A DNA stretch of 64,000 nt, taken from positions 62,001 through 126,000 of the forward strand of contig JAPETS010000007.1 of the NCBI GenBank assembly GCA_026023565.1. Direction: 5' to 3'. Below are positions 25,548 through 36,793 of this stretch, piece by piece (within the stretch, counting starts at the first letter, position 1; every line of letters begins with the position of its first letter). This stretch comes from Cirrosporium novae-zelandiae. Taxonomy: Eukaryota. Made by a program: the position numbers and the translations under genes. The notes beneath the pieces were generated by a model. That model had not been told where the DNA came from. It worked only from the letters and a program-made list of their open reading frames with translations, and made no database searches.

Positions 25548-25553
25548 CACGTG
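25548..25553. promoter_or_regulatory. CACGTG E-box (candidate Pho4/NUC-1/PalcA site) about 1.3 kb upstream of PHO84
   Basis: CCACGTGG in the nsdC-PHO84 intergenic region. bHLH phosphate regulators are known to bind CACGTG; function here is inferred only. Confidence 0.35.
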
Positions 25554-26860
25554 GAGAGACTTGTAATTTAATTGGTTGTGCTCAACGACGTCTCTTGGCA
25601 TCTTAATCTCGACATTGCACAACCAACTGGGCCTTTCCGCTCAGATTGGTGACACCTTACCTCCGTAGTCCTTGTCTATCTTTACATCCTGGAAGAGCCT
25701 TGCGCTCAGGAACATCCCCATTGAGGAATGGGGGGAGAGTGCCTGGGGTGACGATTTCCAGGGTCGGAAGGTGGATATTTGGGCGAACTCTGAAAGCTGA
25801 ATTCAAACAATTGAAGAGTCATGGACTCATAACATCGTCTAATAGGATCTCTGAATAGTTCGTAAGTGTGGAGTATCCTTAGTCTCTCAATAGGCCACGC
25901 TCGGGATATCCAAGTCCTTTATTCGCTGGACCGCTCTCGTAGGAAAACAGCACATGGGTATTGGACAATGGGGGAATCATACCGCAACGAAGAATGAACT
26001 CCCCACCAAGTCGTTAATTGTGCTGTGCTCACAGATTATTCTAACTATATCAGCCTTGTGAGCCTTATATTCCTACGTAGCCTGCTCCCTGTGGCCATGG
26101 GGCACACCTGTCATAGAAGGCTAGCTGATACTATGTTTAAAAATTTTATTAGTTATTTCTATCATTTACCATCATACCTTTAATCGACCAAGGTTCGTTG
26201 CGGCCTGGGCCGAGGATTAAAGTCGGTTTGACGTTGCTTCCGCTTCAAGTCATAGCCTCTTGGCCTCTATGTAGTTTGATACTTATGAGGGGCTAGTGAA
26301 GGTATCTGTAGCCAGTTGTAGATGAGCTTGATACCACGCCCTCATTTCAAACAAGTTCTAGAAGAAAACAACGGCAACAGTGTTGCGAGCGTATCTACAC
26401 CATCTAGACTCCTCCCTCTTATGATGTTGAGCATGTGTTTGAGTAATACCGGTTAACACACCTATTGCAGTTGTGCGACTTATCCACGCCTCACTAATTG
26501 ATTTTTTTTTTGCCGCCTCTCGGCCCCCTTACGCTTTCGAGCCTTCTTGGATCTTTCTGTTCGCTTCTTGGCCTTTTCCATTGTTTGATTCGATTCAATG
26601 CCTAAACTGACGTGAACCAATTCTTGCATCCTGGTCATATTCCCTCTATCTACTTTGATCCTATGGGGTGTTTTATTCAAGCCGGTCCTCTGGGCTACCT
26701 TGGCGAGGACTACCGCCATGCAAATAAAACCGCTCAGACACTGCCGTTTCCTCCTTCTTATCCTTCTCTCCTGTATCCCGCCAACCCTTTTATTTTCTTG
26801 CAGCCTCCGCTTGTTTCTCTCACTGTCAACCTGTCTGCTATCCATTCTTTTTTTTAAAAG

Positions 26861-28709
26861 ATGGCCACCAAGACATCTGGCGGTAATGCCGCCTTCCATA
26901 ACTTTCACAATGACTACGCCCACGTTGCGGATCCTAATGAGCGTCGTCGCCTTGCCCTCGCTGAGATTGACAAGGCTCCTTTTGGCTGGTACCATATCAG
27001 AGCTATCGTCGTCGCCGGCGTCGGCTTCTTCACTGATGCCTATGATATCTTTGCTATCAACATGGTGACTCCTATGTTAGGCGTTGTCTACTGGCAACAG
27101 AACGAAGGCACTATACCCTCCAACGCCGATACAGCTATCAAGGTTGCAACCTCGGGTGGAACTGTCATTGGCCAGGTCGGCTTCGGTTGGTTGGCCGACA
27201 TCGTTGGTCGAAAGAGGATGTACGGCTTGGAACTGATCTTGATAATTTTCGCTACACTCGCTCAATCTCTCGCGGCCCCTTCAGCATCTATGTCTATCGT
27301 TGGTTTAATCATTTTCTGGCGTGTCTTGATGGGCGTGGGGATTGGCGGTGACTATCCACTGTCCTCTATCATTACTTCTGAGTAAGATGCCAATTGAAAA
27401 GGCCTATTTCAAGATTAAATACTGATAGCAATAGATTTGCAACAACCAAGTGGAGAGGCGCAATGATGGGGTCTGTATTCGCTATGCAAGGCTTTGGACA
27501 GTTTGCCGCCGCGATTATTGCTCTGATTATGGCCGCCGGTTTCAAAGAGTCGTTAAAAAGTGCCAAAACAGTCGCCGAGTGTACAGGGGTTTGCGGCTTG
27601 GCCACCGACAAGATGTGGCGTGTTGTTATTGGATTTGGCGCTGTTCCTGGTTGTATTGCTCTCTACTACCGTTTGACTATTCCAGAGACTCCTCGCTATA
27701 CGTTTGACGTAGCTCGGGATATTGAAAAGGGCGACAAAGATATCAAGGCCTATGTTTCTGGAAAGCAAGGTGAAGGCAAGGTCGACGAACTTCGCCGTGT
27801 GCGCACCTACCAAGAAACACAACAGACTCTCGATATCCCCAAGGCAAGCTGGAGTGACTTCGTAACCCACTATATGCAGTGGAAGAATGGCAAAGTTCTC
27901 CTTGGCACTGCGGGCTCTTGGTTTTTCCTCGACGTTGCCTTCTACGGCCTGGGTCTTAATAACTCTACAATTCTATCTGCCATTGGATATGCCAAAGGCG
28001 ATGATGTCTTCGAAGTGTTCCACAACACTGCAGTTGGTAATTTGATCATTGTCTGCGCTGGCTCTATTCCTGGATATTGGGTGACCGTTGCTCTCTGTGA
28101 CAAAATCGGTCGCAAGCCTATCCAAATTATGGGTTTTGTTGTTCTTACAATCCTCTTCTGTGTCATCGGCTTTGCGTACCACAAACTTAGTGAGCATGGC
28201 CTTCTTGCGCTTTATGTCATTGCTCAATTCTTCTTCAACTTCGGTAAGCCTGCTACTGACTCCTAATGTCATTACTTGATGTCTCTCCGATTCTTTTTAT
28301 TCTAACAACCTCAGGCCCCAATGCAACCACCTTCATCGTTCCCGGTGAATGCTTCCCAACCCGGTACCGTTCTACCTCACACGGCCTCTCCGCCGCCGCT
28401 GGAAAAGTCGGGGCCATTGTTGCCCAGTGTGTGTTCGGGCCCCTTCGAACACGTGGCTATCAGGAAGGCGACGAGGACAAATCTCCTTGGCTCAACCACG
28501 TCATGGAGATCTTTGCTCTCTTTATGTTCTGTGGAATCTTCACAAGTTTGCTGATTCCTGAGACAAAGAGAAAGACATTAGAGGAGTTAGCTGGAGAGGT
28601 CCCTGGCACCGTTAACTATGACTCTAGGTTTCAAACAGCAGCGGGATCGGGTACCCAGAATTCAGGGGAGGAGAGTGGCACTGGAGATGCGATTGAGGCC
28701 AAGGTGTAG
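26861..28709 (+). CDS. PHO84: High-affinity inorganic phosphate:H+ symporter (MFS, PHS family); exons 26861-27381, 27435-28243, 28315-28709
   Basis: RRRLALAEIDKAPFGWYH, GVGFFTDAYDIF, signature GIGGDYPLSSIITSE|F, SWFFLDVAFYGLGLN, FFFNFG|PNATTFIVPGECFPTRYRSTSHG. Confidence 0.95.
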
Positions 28710-29209
28710 TTAGATGGTGATGGGCACCACCAGATTGTGATATATTTGCTCCGACCAGTCTATCGATTTCTTAAGATATCGGGATTTTTTAATGTAGCTG
28801 AGTCTTCACTGAAGCATCTCATATCTCTAGCTTTTAGTCCTTCCAACTATTATTTATTGTTTTTATAGGTGTGCTCTTTTTAGGAAAATTAATGGTGTAA
28901 GTGGTGAAAAAAGCCCTGTTCCTGTTTATGCCCTATACCTTAGATAAAATTGAATATAAAGAAAATGGTCCTGAATAAAATATACTAATTATAGTAAACA
29001 AAAATCAAATGGAAATGTATTCCTCAGGCATCGATATAGTGCCTAGTAAGCGAAGGGAAACTCCCGAACCGCCGGTGGTGTTTTCAAAGAAGCCAAAATT
29101 TACGAATTTTGCATGCAGATGTACTTTATACTTGTGACCAACCAATCGATCTGATTGACGATATCAAACGTTACTATCATCTCCAATGCCTCTGCGAACA
29201 TCATAGCCT

Positions 29210-31369
29210 ATGTCCCTGGGTGCTGGTCTCTCGCTACCGAGGAAGTTGGTCAAATCGATTCCTATCACAGCGCCCAGGGATCCGCTCCTGTTCCTCTATC
29301 CTCGGTGGTTCGCCTCAATCGCAGAAGCACCTTCCAATAATGAGGGCAATGAACATCGATCTCGAAATTCCAATGGACCATCCCCCCCAAGTAAGAAGTA
29401 TCCAAGGAACAATGTTCAGTTGGGAGGTGCGGCTACCACTTCCAAGCCTTCGTCGCCGAAACAATATCCTCAGGACTCTACCGCAAAGACACTGTGCTCT
29501 TTCTCAGTCTCTAGGACCAGTTCCAAAGCTACCGAATCTCTTAAAGCTCATGCACCAATGATTCGTATACAGGCAATCTTTCCTCCTATCGAACAGAGAA
29601 TAAGAATTATGAAGACGACTGAGAGGATAGCTCGTAAAACCAAGTACAAGGAAAAGCGTGCCCAAGGGAAACAATTTATTAGACTCCAGTTACGGGATAA
29701 GGGCAATTTGTCGTGGGACTGGAGGATACCGCTGAAGATACTCTGTGATGCCGAATACCCCATCTCGAGATTAGTCTCGTCTTCTACATACCAAACTCAG
29801 AAAATACGAACCTACAAGCTTCCCCGCTCCGAAACTTGGACTGAAAAGAGCCTTGCAGACTATGTCAGTCGGCTGACAAAGGTGCCAGAGTATCGTGGCA
29901 TCAGCCGCCAGCTCTATAATCATACATATCCCCGCCGCTTTGAAGTCGCAGATACTCTAGTGCAACTTTTTTATCAATTAGATATGGCAGAAGTTTTTTC
30001 TTTAAATGCACTAGACAATGCCCTTCGCTTTTGCTATCGACATAATATGGTCTCTCATGCTCAGAAGCTTTTGATGAAAGCACTCCAACAAGATAAGGTC
30101 AAGATCGGTGCAGAAACATTCAACATCGTGCTCAGAGCATGTGCATCGCAGAGCGATCTTCATAATTTCACCTTCATTCTCAACCTAATGGTTTACCACC
30201 AGCATATTTCCCCTAATCCAAGAACTTGGATATCTTTTCTCATGGTCGTGACATCGCACGATGTTAGGGTACAAATTCTAGAGAAGATGCGAGCAAAAGG
30301 TCTTTTGGTTCCATCTATTGCAAGGGAAGCCAGTGCATTAGTTGTTGCTGGGGACTTCTCAAACCATCTTAACAATGGTGGCGACACAAAGTCCTTTTTG
30401 GAGGAATATAAGCAACAGTTTGGCACCAACTGGTTTTCCAGGTCGGCCAGCAACCAGATGCTCAATGAGCTAGGCAAAAGAGGACTAATGGATCAAGCCT
30501 GCTCTCTACTTTCTTACATGCAATCTAACACGGATCAAGGCACAGATATCGTATCATTCAACACCTTGCTCTCCCACTGCCTACTGCGTAGTGACATAGA
30601 AACGGCCCTCACAATATTCGACCTATGCATTCATGAATTCAGTACTAGTCCCGACGGCATCACTTACAACATTCTATTCCTGCTTGCATGGAGGCGCAAT
30701 CTCTTCAACGTCTCCCGAGTTCTGTGGCATTATGCCTGCTTGCATGGTCGGGTTAGCTATGAAATACAACGAAAGGTTGAAAAGAGCCTATTGTTAGACA
30801 CTACAGAAAGCCCTTCGCAGCGAGAAGATTTCCTTCGGTCGGCTGGGAAAGTAATTGTAGGACTTGGTCTCGATCGGGCCAATCAAGCAGACTTGTTCCT
30901 TCCTGATTACCCCCTCGACAATATCCCAAAAGAGCAGGAAAGGGAGGAAATCGTAGCCTCCGCATCTGCCTCCACGCCCGAAGTACACAACACAAGCCCT
31001 CCCCAAAACTCCGTCGCCTCTAAAGAATTTAGAAAACAGGTTACGAAAGCCCTCGTCGAGTCCGATATGCTCGTTCTTAATACTCACCGTGCCATCTGGT
31101 CCCAAACTGGCCTCCTCTACCGTGCCCTCGATATGGACATGGAGTGGATACGCGACAAACTATGGCAGCGAGATTTACGCTGGAAGTGCAATAATTCTAT
31201 TAAGATAAGGATAGCGAGGATAAAAAATAGGGAGAGGGATACAGTGCTAAGGCCAAAGGTAGAGGATATTGGGTATGTGAAAATGATAAAGGATAAGGGA
31301 TGGTGCTTGTATGATCCATTAAAAAAGCGGTGGATAAAGTGGAAAGGGGAAAAGAGATATCATCAATGA
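29210..31369 (+). CDS. Pentatricopeptide-repeat protein, probably mitochondrial (intronless, 719 aa)
   Basis: PPR-like units: ETFNIVLRACA..DLHNFTFILNLM, PNPRTWISFL, DIVSFNTLLSHC, PDGITYNILF. Basic N-terminus with DPLLFLYPRWF. Confidence 0.78.
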   Translation: MSLGAGLSLPRKLVKSIPITAPRDPLLFLYPRWFASIAEAPSNNEGNEHRSRNSNGPSPPSKKYPRNNVQLGGAATTSKPSSPKQYPQDSTAKTLCSFSVSRTSSKATESLKAHAPMIRIQAIFPPIEQRIRIMKTTERIARKTKYKEKRAQGKQFIRLQLRDKGNLSWDWRIPLKILCDAEYPISRLVSSSTYQTQKIRTYKLPRSETWTEKSLADYVSRLTKVPEYRGISRQLYNHTYPRRFEVADTLVQLFYQLDMAEVFSLNALDNALRFCYRHNMVSHAQKLLMKALQQDKVKIGAETFNIVLRACASQSDLHNFTFILNLMVYHQHISPNPRTWISFLMVVTSHDVRVQILEKMRAKGLLVPSIAREASALVVAGDFSNHLNNGGDTKSFLEEYKQQFGTNWFSRSASNQMLNELGKRGLMDQACSLLSYMQSNTDQGTDIVSFNTLLSHCLLRSDIETALTIFDLCIHEFSTSPDGITYNILFLLAWRRNLFNVSRVLWHYACLHGRVSYEIQRKVEKSLLLDTTESPSQREDFLRSAGKVIVGLGLDRANQADLFLPDYPLDNIPKEQEREEIVASASASTPEVHNTSPPQNSVASKEFRKQVTKALVESDMLVLNTHRAIWSQTGLLYRALDMDMEWIRDKLWQRDLRWKCNNSIKIRIARIKNRERDTVLRPKVEDIGYVKMIKDKGWCLYDPLKKRWIKWKGEKRYHQ

Positions 31370-31797
31370 ATATTTATGGAATATCGAGGATCTTGTGTAC
31401 CTTTGTCTATAGATGTGGGTAAATGTTCTTTTGGGTGATTCGGATGGATAGATAGTCAGGATCAGGAGGCCCTCCTTGGCGAGCTTGTATATAATTATCA
31501 GCTATATAAATTTACTTGTAACATTCATTATTATCCTAGCCAGCCGAGTTGAGGCACTAATTGTACAGATACCGAAACAAAAAAAAACAGAAAAAAAAAA
31601 CATGCAACTTTGAACCCGGAAACACCAACGCTAAAGATTTAAAGACTCAATCTGAGGGCCTAAGTTGTTCCTGGAACCCGAGCCTGAGTTTCACTCCATC
31701 CTAATGTATGTAATATCCCATGGGTATTTGTTATACAACCAATCTCCTATCAGACAGAAAGCGAAAAAAAAAACCACACCACTTATGAGGAAATTCT

Positions 31798-33217
31798 TCA
31801 CGCATCCATCATATCCACCTTTTCCGTCTCGACTTTTTCAACATCGCTCCAAAATTCAAGTTTTCTGACCTGTTCTTCTGCGGCCTTTACGGCATTTAGA
31901 AGATTGTCGATTCGTCGCTTCTCGGTCTCGTTTTCCTCCCGTTCGGTTTGGATGTGGTGGTTTCTGTGATCGCGAGCTTCTTGCATGATGTCGAATAATT
32001 CGGTCAGGAGGTGGCGGCGGGCGTTTTGGAAGACGAAGGTGTTCATGATTTCGGGGATCTGGGGGGGGGGGGTGGTTAATGGGGTTAGTTGGTGTGTCTG
32101 CTATATTTTTTTGAGGGAGTGAGGATTGGGGGGATACCTTTTCAGCAAGGTAATATAGATCTTCTCCTCCGTGTTCTATAAAGTTCTTCACAGCATCAAT
32201 CTTCTGCCGGTCCACAGCGAACTCCTTCAGCGATTTCATCAGCGTGCTGATATCTTCAATATTTTGCGGCTCATCCCCTTCGTCGTCGGCTAAGAAGCTG
32301 CCCCTGGAATCTGAGGTTGCGTTCGTACTGAGAGGTCTTCGTTTCCCAGTATGGATTGTGAAATAGTCTTTGGTCAGTCTGTGGGCCTCTTTGAAATTTC
32401 CAGCTTTGCCCTTCGTATTAATAGGTTGGGTTTTTATGCGTTTGCGGAGCCAACGACGGCGACGAACGAAAGAGTGAAACCAGGGATGAGTACCGTGCCA
32501 TGTGAATACGGGCGTGAACATGAAGGAATATTCCCAACCTTCATCGTCCACATCCCCCGACATATCCACGTACCATCGTTTCCATGCCCAGTCCCAACTT
32601 AAATCAGGAACTTGTGCGTTGGTGATGTCGACCGAGCTTTCTTTAAAGTCTTTCGTGAGCCATGGGGCAGGATCGAAGTTCAGAAGCGACTTGTGCGAGT
32701 AGTTTGGAATACCGAAGAAGAAGATGCCGCGTTGGTTTTCATATAGAATATCGAATTCGTAAGTGTCCTTGGATTGAGAGCTATCTTGTTGTGTCTTCGA
32801 TTTTGCCCTCTCTAAACATTCGTCATCTTGTATGGACGTTGGTCTATCGCGTGGTTCAACTGGTTGTGTTTTTGGAACACTCAGCTCAGGTATGCTAGTA
32901 GATGGGCCTGCAATGGTATCGTCGCTCCCACCATCAAGGTTTCTTTGAGGGGTTGTAGAACCACTATATCTCTTCTTTTGGTACTTCGAATATTTACGTC
33001 TGACCAATTCTTCCTTTAGTGTCGTCCGTGTTGATTTCCTAGTTACATCCTTTGTTATGCACTCACTCTCCGAGTCGTCGACATTTGGAGATAATAGGAT
33101 CTCGGGCTCGTCTTCAGAGGTTGGGTTCTCGGTATCAACCAGAGATATAGGATGGCTGGCTAGTTTCCCTGCATTGGTGCTGCTTCGAGTGAGGGCCAAA
33201 GAATGACTGATGGACAT
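31798..33217 (-). CDS. Dysferlin-domain protein, Spo73/Mug65-like; exons 33217-32138, 32058-31798
   Basis: DILYENQRG..YSHKSLLNFDPAPW..WDWAWKRWYVDMSGDVDDEGWEYS..FVRRRRWLRKR is a DysF domain. The intron GTATCC..CTAAC..poly-C..CAG joins the downstream ORF (IPEIMNTFVFQ..KLEFWSD). Confidence 0.8.
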
Positions 33218-33720
33218 GGTGAATTATCATGTAATTATCTAAAGGGCAACAACTTCTCTAATGGCAAGACTCGCTAATATTATCGCTATTGTCTTCTGAG
33301 TTCTTTCCATTCTTATTAAAGGGGAGAGAGGCAGCAAAAGGTAATTGGCAAATAAGGTAGTTAATTAAGTAATTATTTGGAGTTTATGAGCGAGGCGACA
33401 GGCGAAGCTTCTGAAGGCCCGAGTCTAATGTAAAAGGCTCCAGCATAATGTGGGGAGGGGATTAAGTAACTACTCGAGTAAAGTAATTACCTGTAGCTTG
33501 TTTTCCCCAAAATAATTACCTGAGTACTGTACTTAGACTAGCTATCACGTCACTGTATCACCATTTGCGGTCATTCCCTCAACTCCTCCTTCACATTGAA
33601 CTCTAACTTCTTCATCTTTCATCTTCTATCCTTCATCTTTTCAAAACTACATACGTCTTAAAGCTCCTAAATATTTATTTATCCAGACATTAACTCAATA
33701 AATCTTAATTTACTTCTATC

Positions 33721-34248
33721 ATGAGTCGCTCACGAATTACTACTCTCATAGGTGTTGGCTCCCTTGGCGGCATAGGATATTATTTTTGGCAAGCCGGGGG
33801 AAACGCCAAATTAGCTGAGAAGAACTTTGAAAGTAGGATATATATTCTTCACCATTATACAACATTGCTAAATGATATGCGTAGATGATACTTCCAAATT
33901 GTCCTCGAGAGTAAAGAATGAATTGCCGGGCAGAGAGCAGCAAGCCAAGAAGGAAGGTGAAGAATGGGCTCAACAAGCTGGTGCAAAGATTGACAGGACG
34001 GTATGCCTACTTAATTTTTTGATGTCTCGTCATCTAATCATAAATAGGTCGACAAGGCTCGTGCTAAGTTGCGAGAAGCCGACGCTCAGGCCGATCAATA
34101 CCGCAAAGAAGGCATCGACAAATTCGAGCAAACAAAGAAGGAGACTGGTACTCAAATCAATCAAGCCATTGACAGCTTCGACAAGACCGTGGAAAAGAAG
34201 ACTGCTGAAGCTAAGGGCGGAATTTGGAGTTGGTTCGGTGGGAAATAA
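33721..34248 (+). CDS. Small (142 aa) fungal protein: N-terminal TM anchor, Lys/Ala/Glu helical body, C-terminal WSWFGGK; exons 33721-33832, 33885-34000, 34048-34248
   Basis: Two canonical introns give a stop-free frame: MSRSRITTLIGVGSLGGIGYYFWQAGGNAKLAEKNFENDTSKL...IDSFDKTVEKKTAEAKGGIWSWFGGK*. Resembles the so-called calcofluor white hypersensitive small proteins. Confidence 0.82.
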
Positions 34249-35195
34249 ATCTCTATCCTGGACCAAGAAAAAAGCAATGGTTCAGACGGTATGGGGTCCA
34301 ACACACAAAAGGTGTATGGATTGAAGCCTTTTTGATTTAGCATCTTGTGATTTTATGACTTGGACGGTGTGATGACCAATGGAATACAAATACCTCTGAG
34401 TATGAGGCAATCCTTCAAGATTGCATGCCCTGATTCCTCGAGTTGTTGTCGAATAGTTTGCTGTTTATATGGTTTCCCCAGTTTGGTACCATGTCATCTC
34501 GAAACCAAATTCCCTTTGGCTATCCTACATTTACAAACGTACTTCATACACGAATGATCTTGCTCGTTAGCTTAAATACTGATGGGAAGGCATTAATTTC
34601 ACCGTCGCTGTCACTAACTAGAATCCGCCCAACTAGTGTGACTTCGCCGACTTTGGATACTCTTGTCCATCATATAATTATCTCTTCTCGCCTCTGAGCC
34701 TCTTGCAATAGTCATATGTCTTTCGTATCATCGGATCAATCGTATATTGGTGAATGACGGATTCATTCCTACATCCACCCCAGGAAGAACTAATCGAAAG
34801 AAATCGTTGATGAATTGTAGGCAGCACCCAAGCATAGCATTTCAATGAAGTGTTCCACTCTTAGCCTCTCATAATCGCTGAGCTTTCAGTCCCTCGTTGA
34901 GAAGCTATTCCTCCTGTTTCGTAGGTTGAAGTGGGAGTTTACAATTGTCAGTCATGATACGCATTGTCAAATCAGGTGGGGCGTGGCTGAGGAAGAAGCG
35001 GTTCTAACGGATTTGGAGATGTACTGGAAGGTAACGAGGTAGAGTGAATGTTTCATAAATGGACTTTGACTTAGAAATTTTTATCCATTGCTTTCGGCAG
35101 AAGGACGACATATCCAGTGTTAAAATGGTGGATTGGAAATAAAACTACTACGTAAGTTGATTGACCAAGAAATACTTGCAAGCACTTTAGGTTTT

Positions 35196-35228
35196 ACGCG
35201 TTCAGGTCGTGTCGCGACAAAATCGCGT
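35196..35228. promoter_or_regulatory. MCB-like element cluster (ACGCGT, TCGCGA, TCGCGT) upstream of CDT1
   Basis: Three CGCG cores at 35196, 35212 and 35223, about 105-140 bp before the ATG. MBF control of cdt1 is established in fission yeast. Confidence 0.65.
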
Positions 35229-35332
35229 TAGCTTTATTTTGGTTTTCATTTTCCACCCGAACCCCCTTCGCACCTTCTCATTTGAACAATCCTTCACATC
35301 TTATTCAGTTCAACTAAATTGTTCCTTCCATA

Positions 35333-36793
35333 ATGCCTTGCACCAAAAGACGCAAGATCGATTCGGCCAGGCAGCCTGGCATTCAAACATTTGCCAAAGT
35401 GACCAAGAGCTATGCTGCTGTCGGGTTACCAGGCAAGACCAAAGAAACAACTACTGCAGCTGCTATCGTGTCATCTGCAGACGTGCATGATAGAGCACCG
35501 AACCTACGAAAAAGGAAACGGGCGACAGTTGACAACGAGATTGATTCTCATGAGAGTCAAGAGGATACACTAGAGGAGGTGCAACCAACCATTCGGCCTA
35601 AACAATTGTTGGATACGCCTACAAAGCCAATTCGTGATAGTCTGGGCCTGCTTAATTTCTCATCGCCATCATCTCCTTACAATGTTAATCCACTATCTCC
35701 AATTGGAAGCCATTTATCGAATTCCTCCCATCACCAATCGCCATCTGAAACCCCTAACCATCAAACCATTACTACCTCTTCCAAAAGCCTTGAAGATTTT
35801 ATTGACCTCAATTCGGCATTTTTGAAAGCCCTATCTTTATATTGTGCCCATCATGGCTCACTTGCGCCAATTGACCTTCATGTTTTGACGCCACAAATCC
35901 GTCAATGTTGGGGAAAAGGCAAGGTCTCACATTCTGATATAAAAAGAATTTTAGGTTTGTTGGACAATTCTTTACAGCCAACCTTGTCAACACGAAGATA
36001 TAAGTGCCCATTCCAACTTATGGATTATGGACATGGGAAGATATGTCTGGAAATCACAGAAGCAATGAAACAACGTGGTCCAATGGCATTACCAATCAAT
36101 GAAGAAGAACTACAGTTGCTATTCGCCAAGAACATCCGAAAGAGCTATAAAGCATGGAGAGGTAATAGGAAAAGTTCAGAGTGTAGCTTTCGAGATTACT
36201 TTGACCAGCTCCCTATAGCTCCAGTTTCCCTCTGTCCGTCTTTGAAAAGGGGGGTTTCTTCTTTAGCCAAAGGTCAACGACGTTTGGAGGACCTCCAGGT
36301 TGGCTTAATCAAGAAAGATAATCAAACCCAGTCAAAGGCAATTGAGAAGATTTCGGGAAAATCCTCTACTATACGAGGTCAGAGCCTTCTAGCAAGGATT
36401 CGGGCCAAGGAGCTTCACCAAGCAAAATTGCCAGTCCCGCTTTCCAAGGATGCCAGCCTCCGAAAAACAGTTATGCAAAAGGTGGAAGATGTCTGTTCGA
36501 CACTCATCATTCTTAGTTCTTCCAGTAGTGCTTCGGATCCCCTGGGTACGGGAAGAGCAACGGATCGGAAAATTTCTTATACCATGCCTGCTTTACTTCA
36601 GACCCTTGAAAAATCTTTAAGAAATCCGATGTCTAAGGAGGAAGGCGAACGTTGTCTGAGATTACTAGCGGAGGAGTTAACTCCGGATTGGATTCAATTG
36701 GTGTTATTGGGTAAGATCAAAGGTGTCGTTCTGAATAAATCCAGACAGCCTAGTCGCGAAGTTATAAAGGCAAGGTTACAAGCATGTACATAG
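35333..36793 (+). CDS. CDT1: DNA replication licensing factor Cdt1-like (intronless, 486 aa)
   Basis: N-terminal PIP-like QPGIQTFAKVTK; middle winged helix (LNSAFLKALSLYCAHHG..W.K.KV...DIKRIL..DYGHGKICLE); RGQSLLARIRAK; C-terminal winged helix (SLRNPMSKEEGERCLRLLAEELTPDWI). Confidence 0.78.
   Translation: MPCTKRRKIDSARQPGIQTFAKVTKSYAAVGLPGKTKETTTAAAIVSSADVHDRAPNLRKRKRATVDNEIDSHESQEDTLEEVQPTIRPKQLLDTPTKPIRDSLGLLNFSSPSSPYNVNPLSPIGSHLSNSSHHQSPSETPNHQTITTSSKSLEDFIDLNSAFLKALSLYCAHHGSLAPIDLHVLTPQIRQCWGKGKVSHSDIKRILGLLDNSLQPTLSTRRYKCPFQLMDYGHGKICLEITEAMKQRGPMALPINEEELQLLFAKNIRKSYKAWRGNRKSSECSFRDYFDQLPIAPVSLCPSLKRGVSSLAKGQRRLEDLQVGLIKKDNQTQSKAIEKISGKSSTIRGQSLLARIRAKELHQAKLPVPLSKDASLRKTVMQKVEDVCSTLIILSSSSSASDPLGTGRATDRKISYTMPALLQTLEKSLRNPMSKEEGERCLRLLAEELTPDWIQLVLLGKIKGVVLNKSRQPSREVIKARLQACT

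Noticed and set aside
26480..27068. ORFs of 137-171 aa overlapping the PHO84 5' region
   Set aside because: Alternative-frame or antisense readings of the pyrimidine-rich leader and exon 1.
34400..35100. Possible gene relic between the small protein gene and CDT1
   Set aside because: Only short broken frames with no recognisable similarity.
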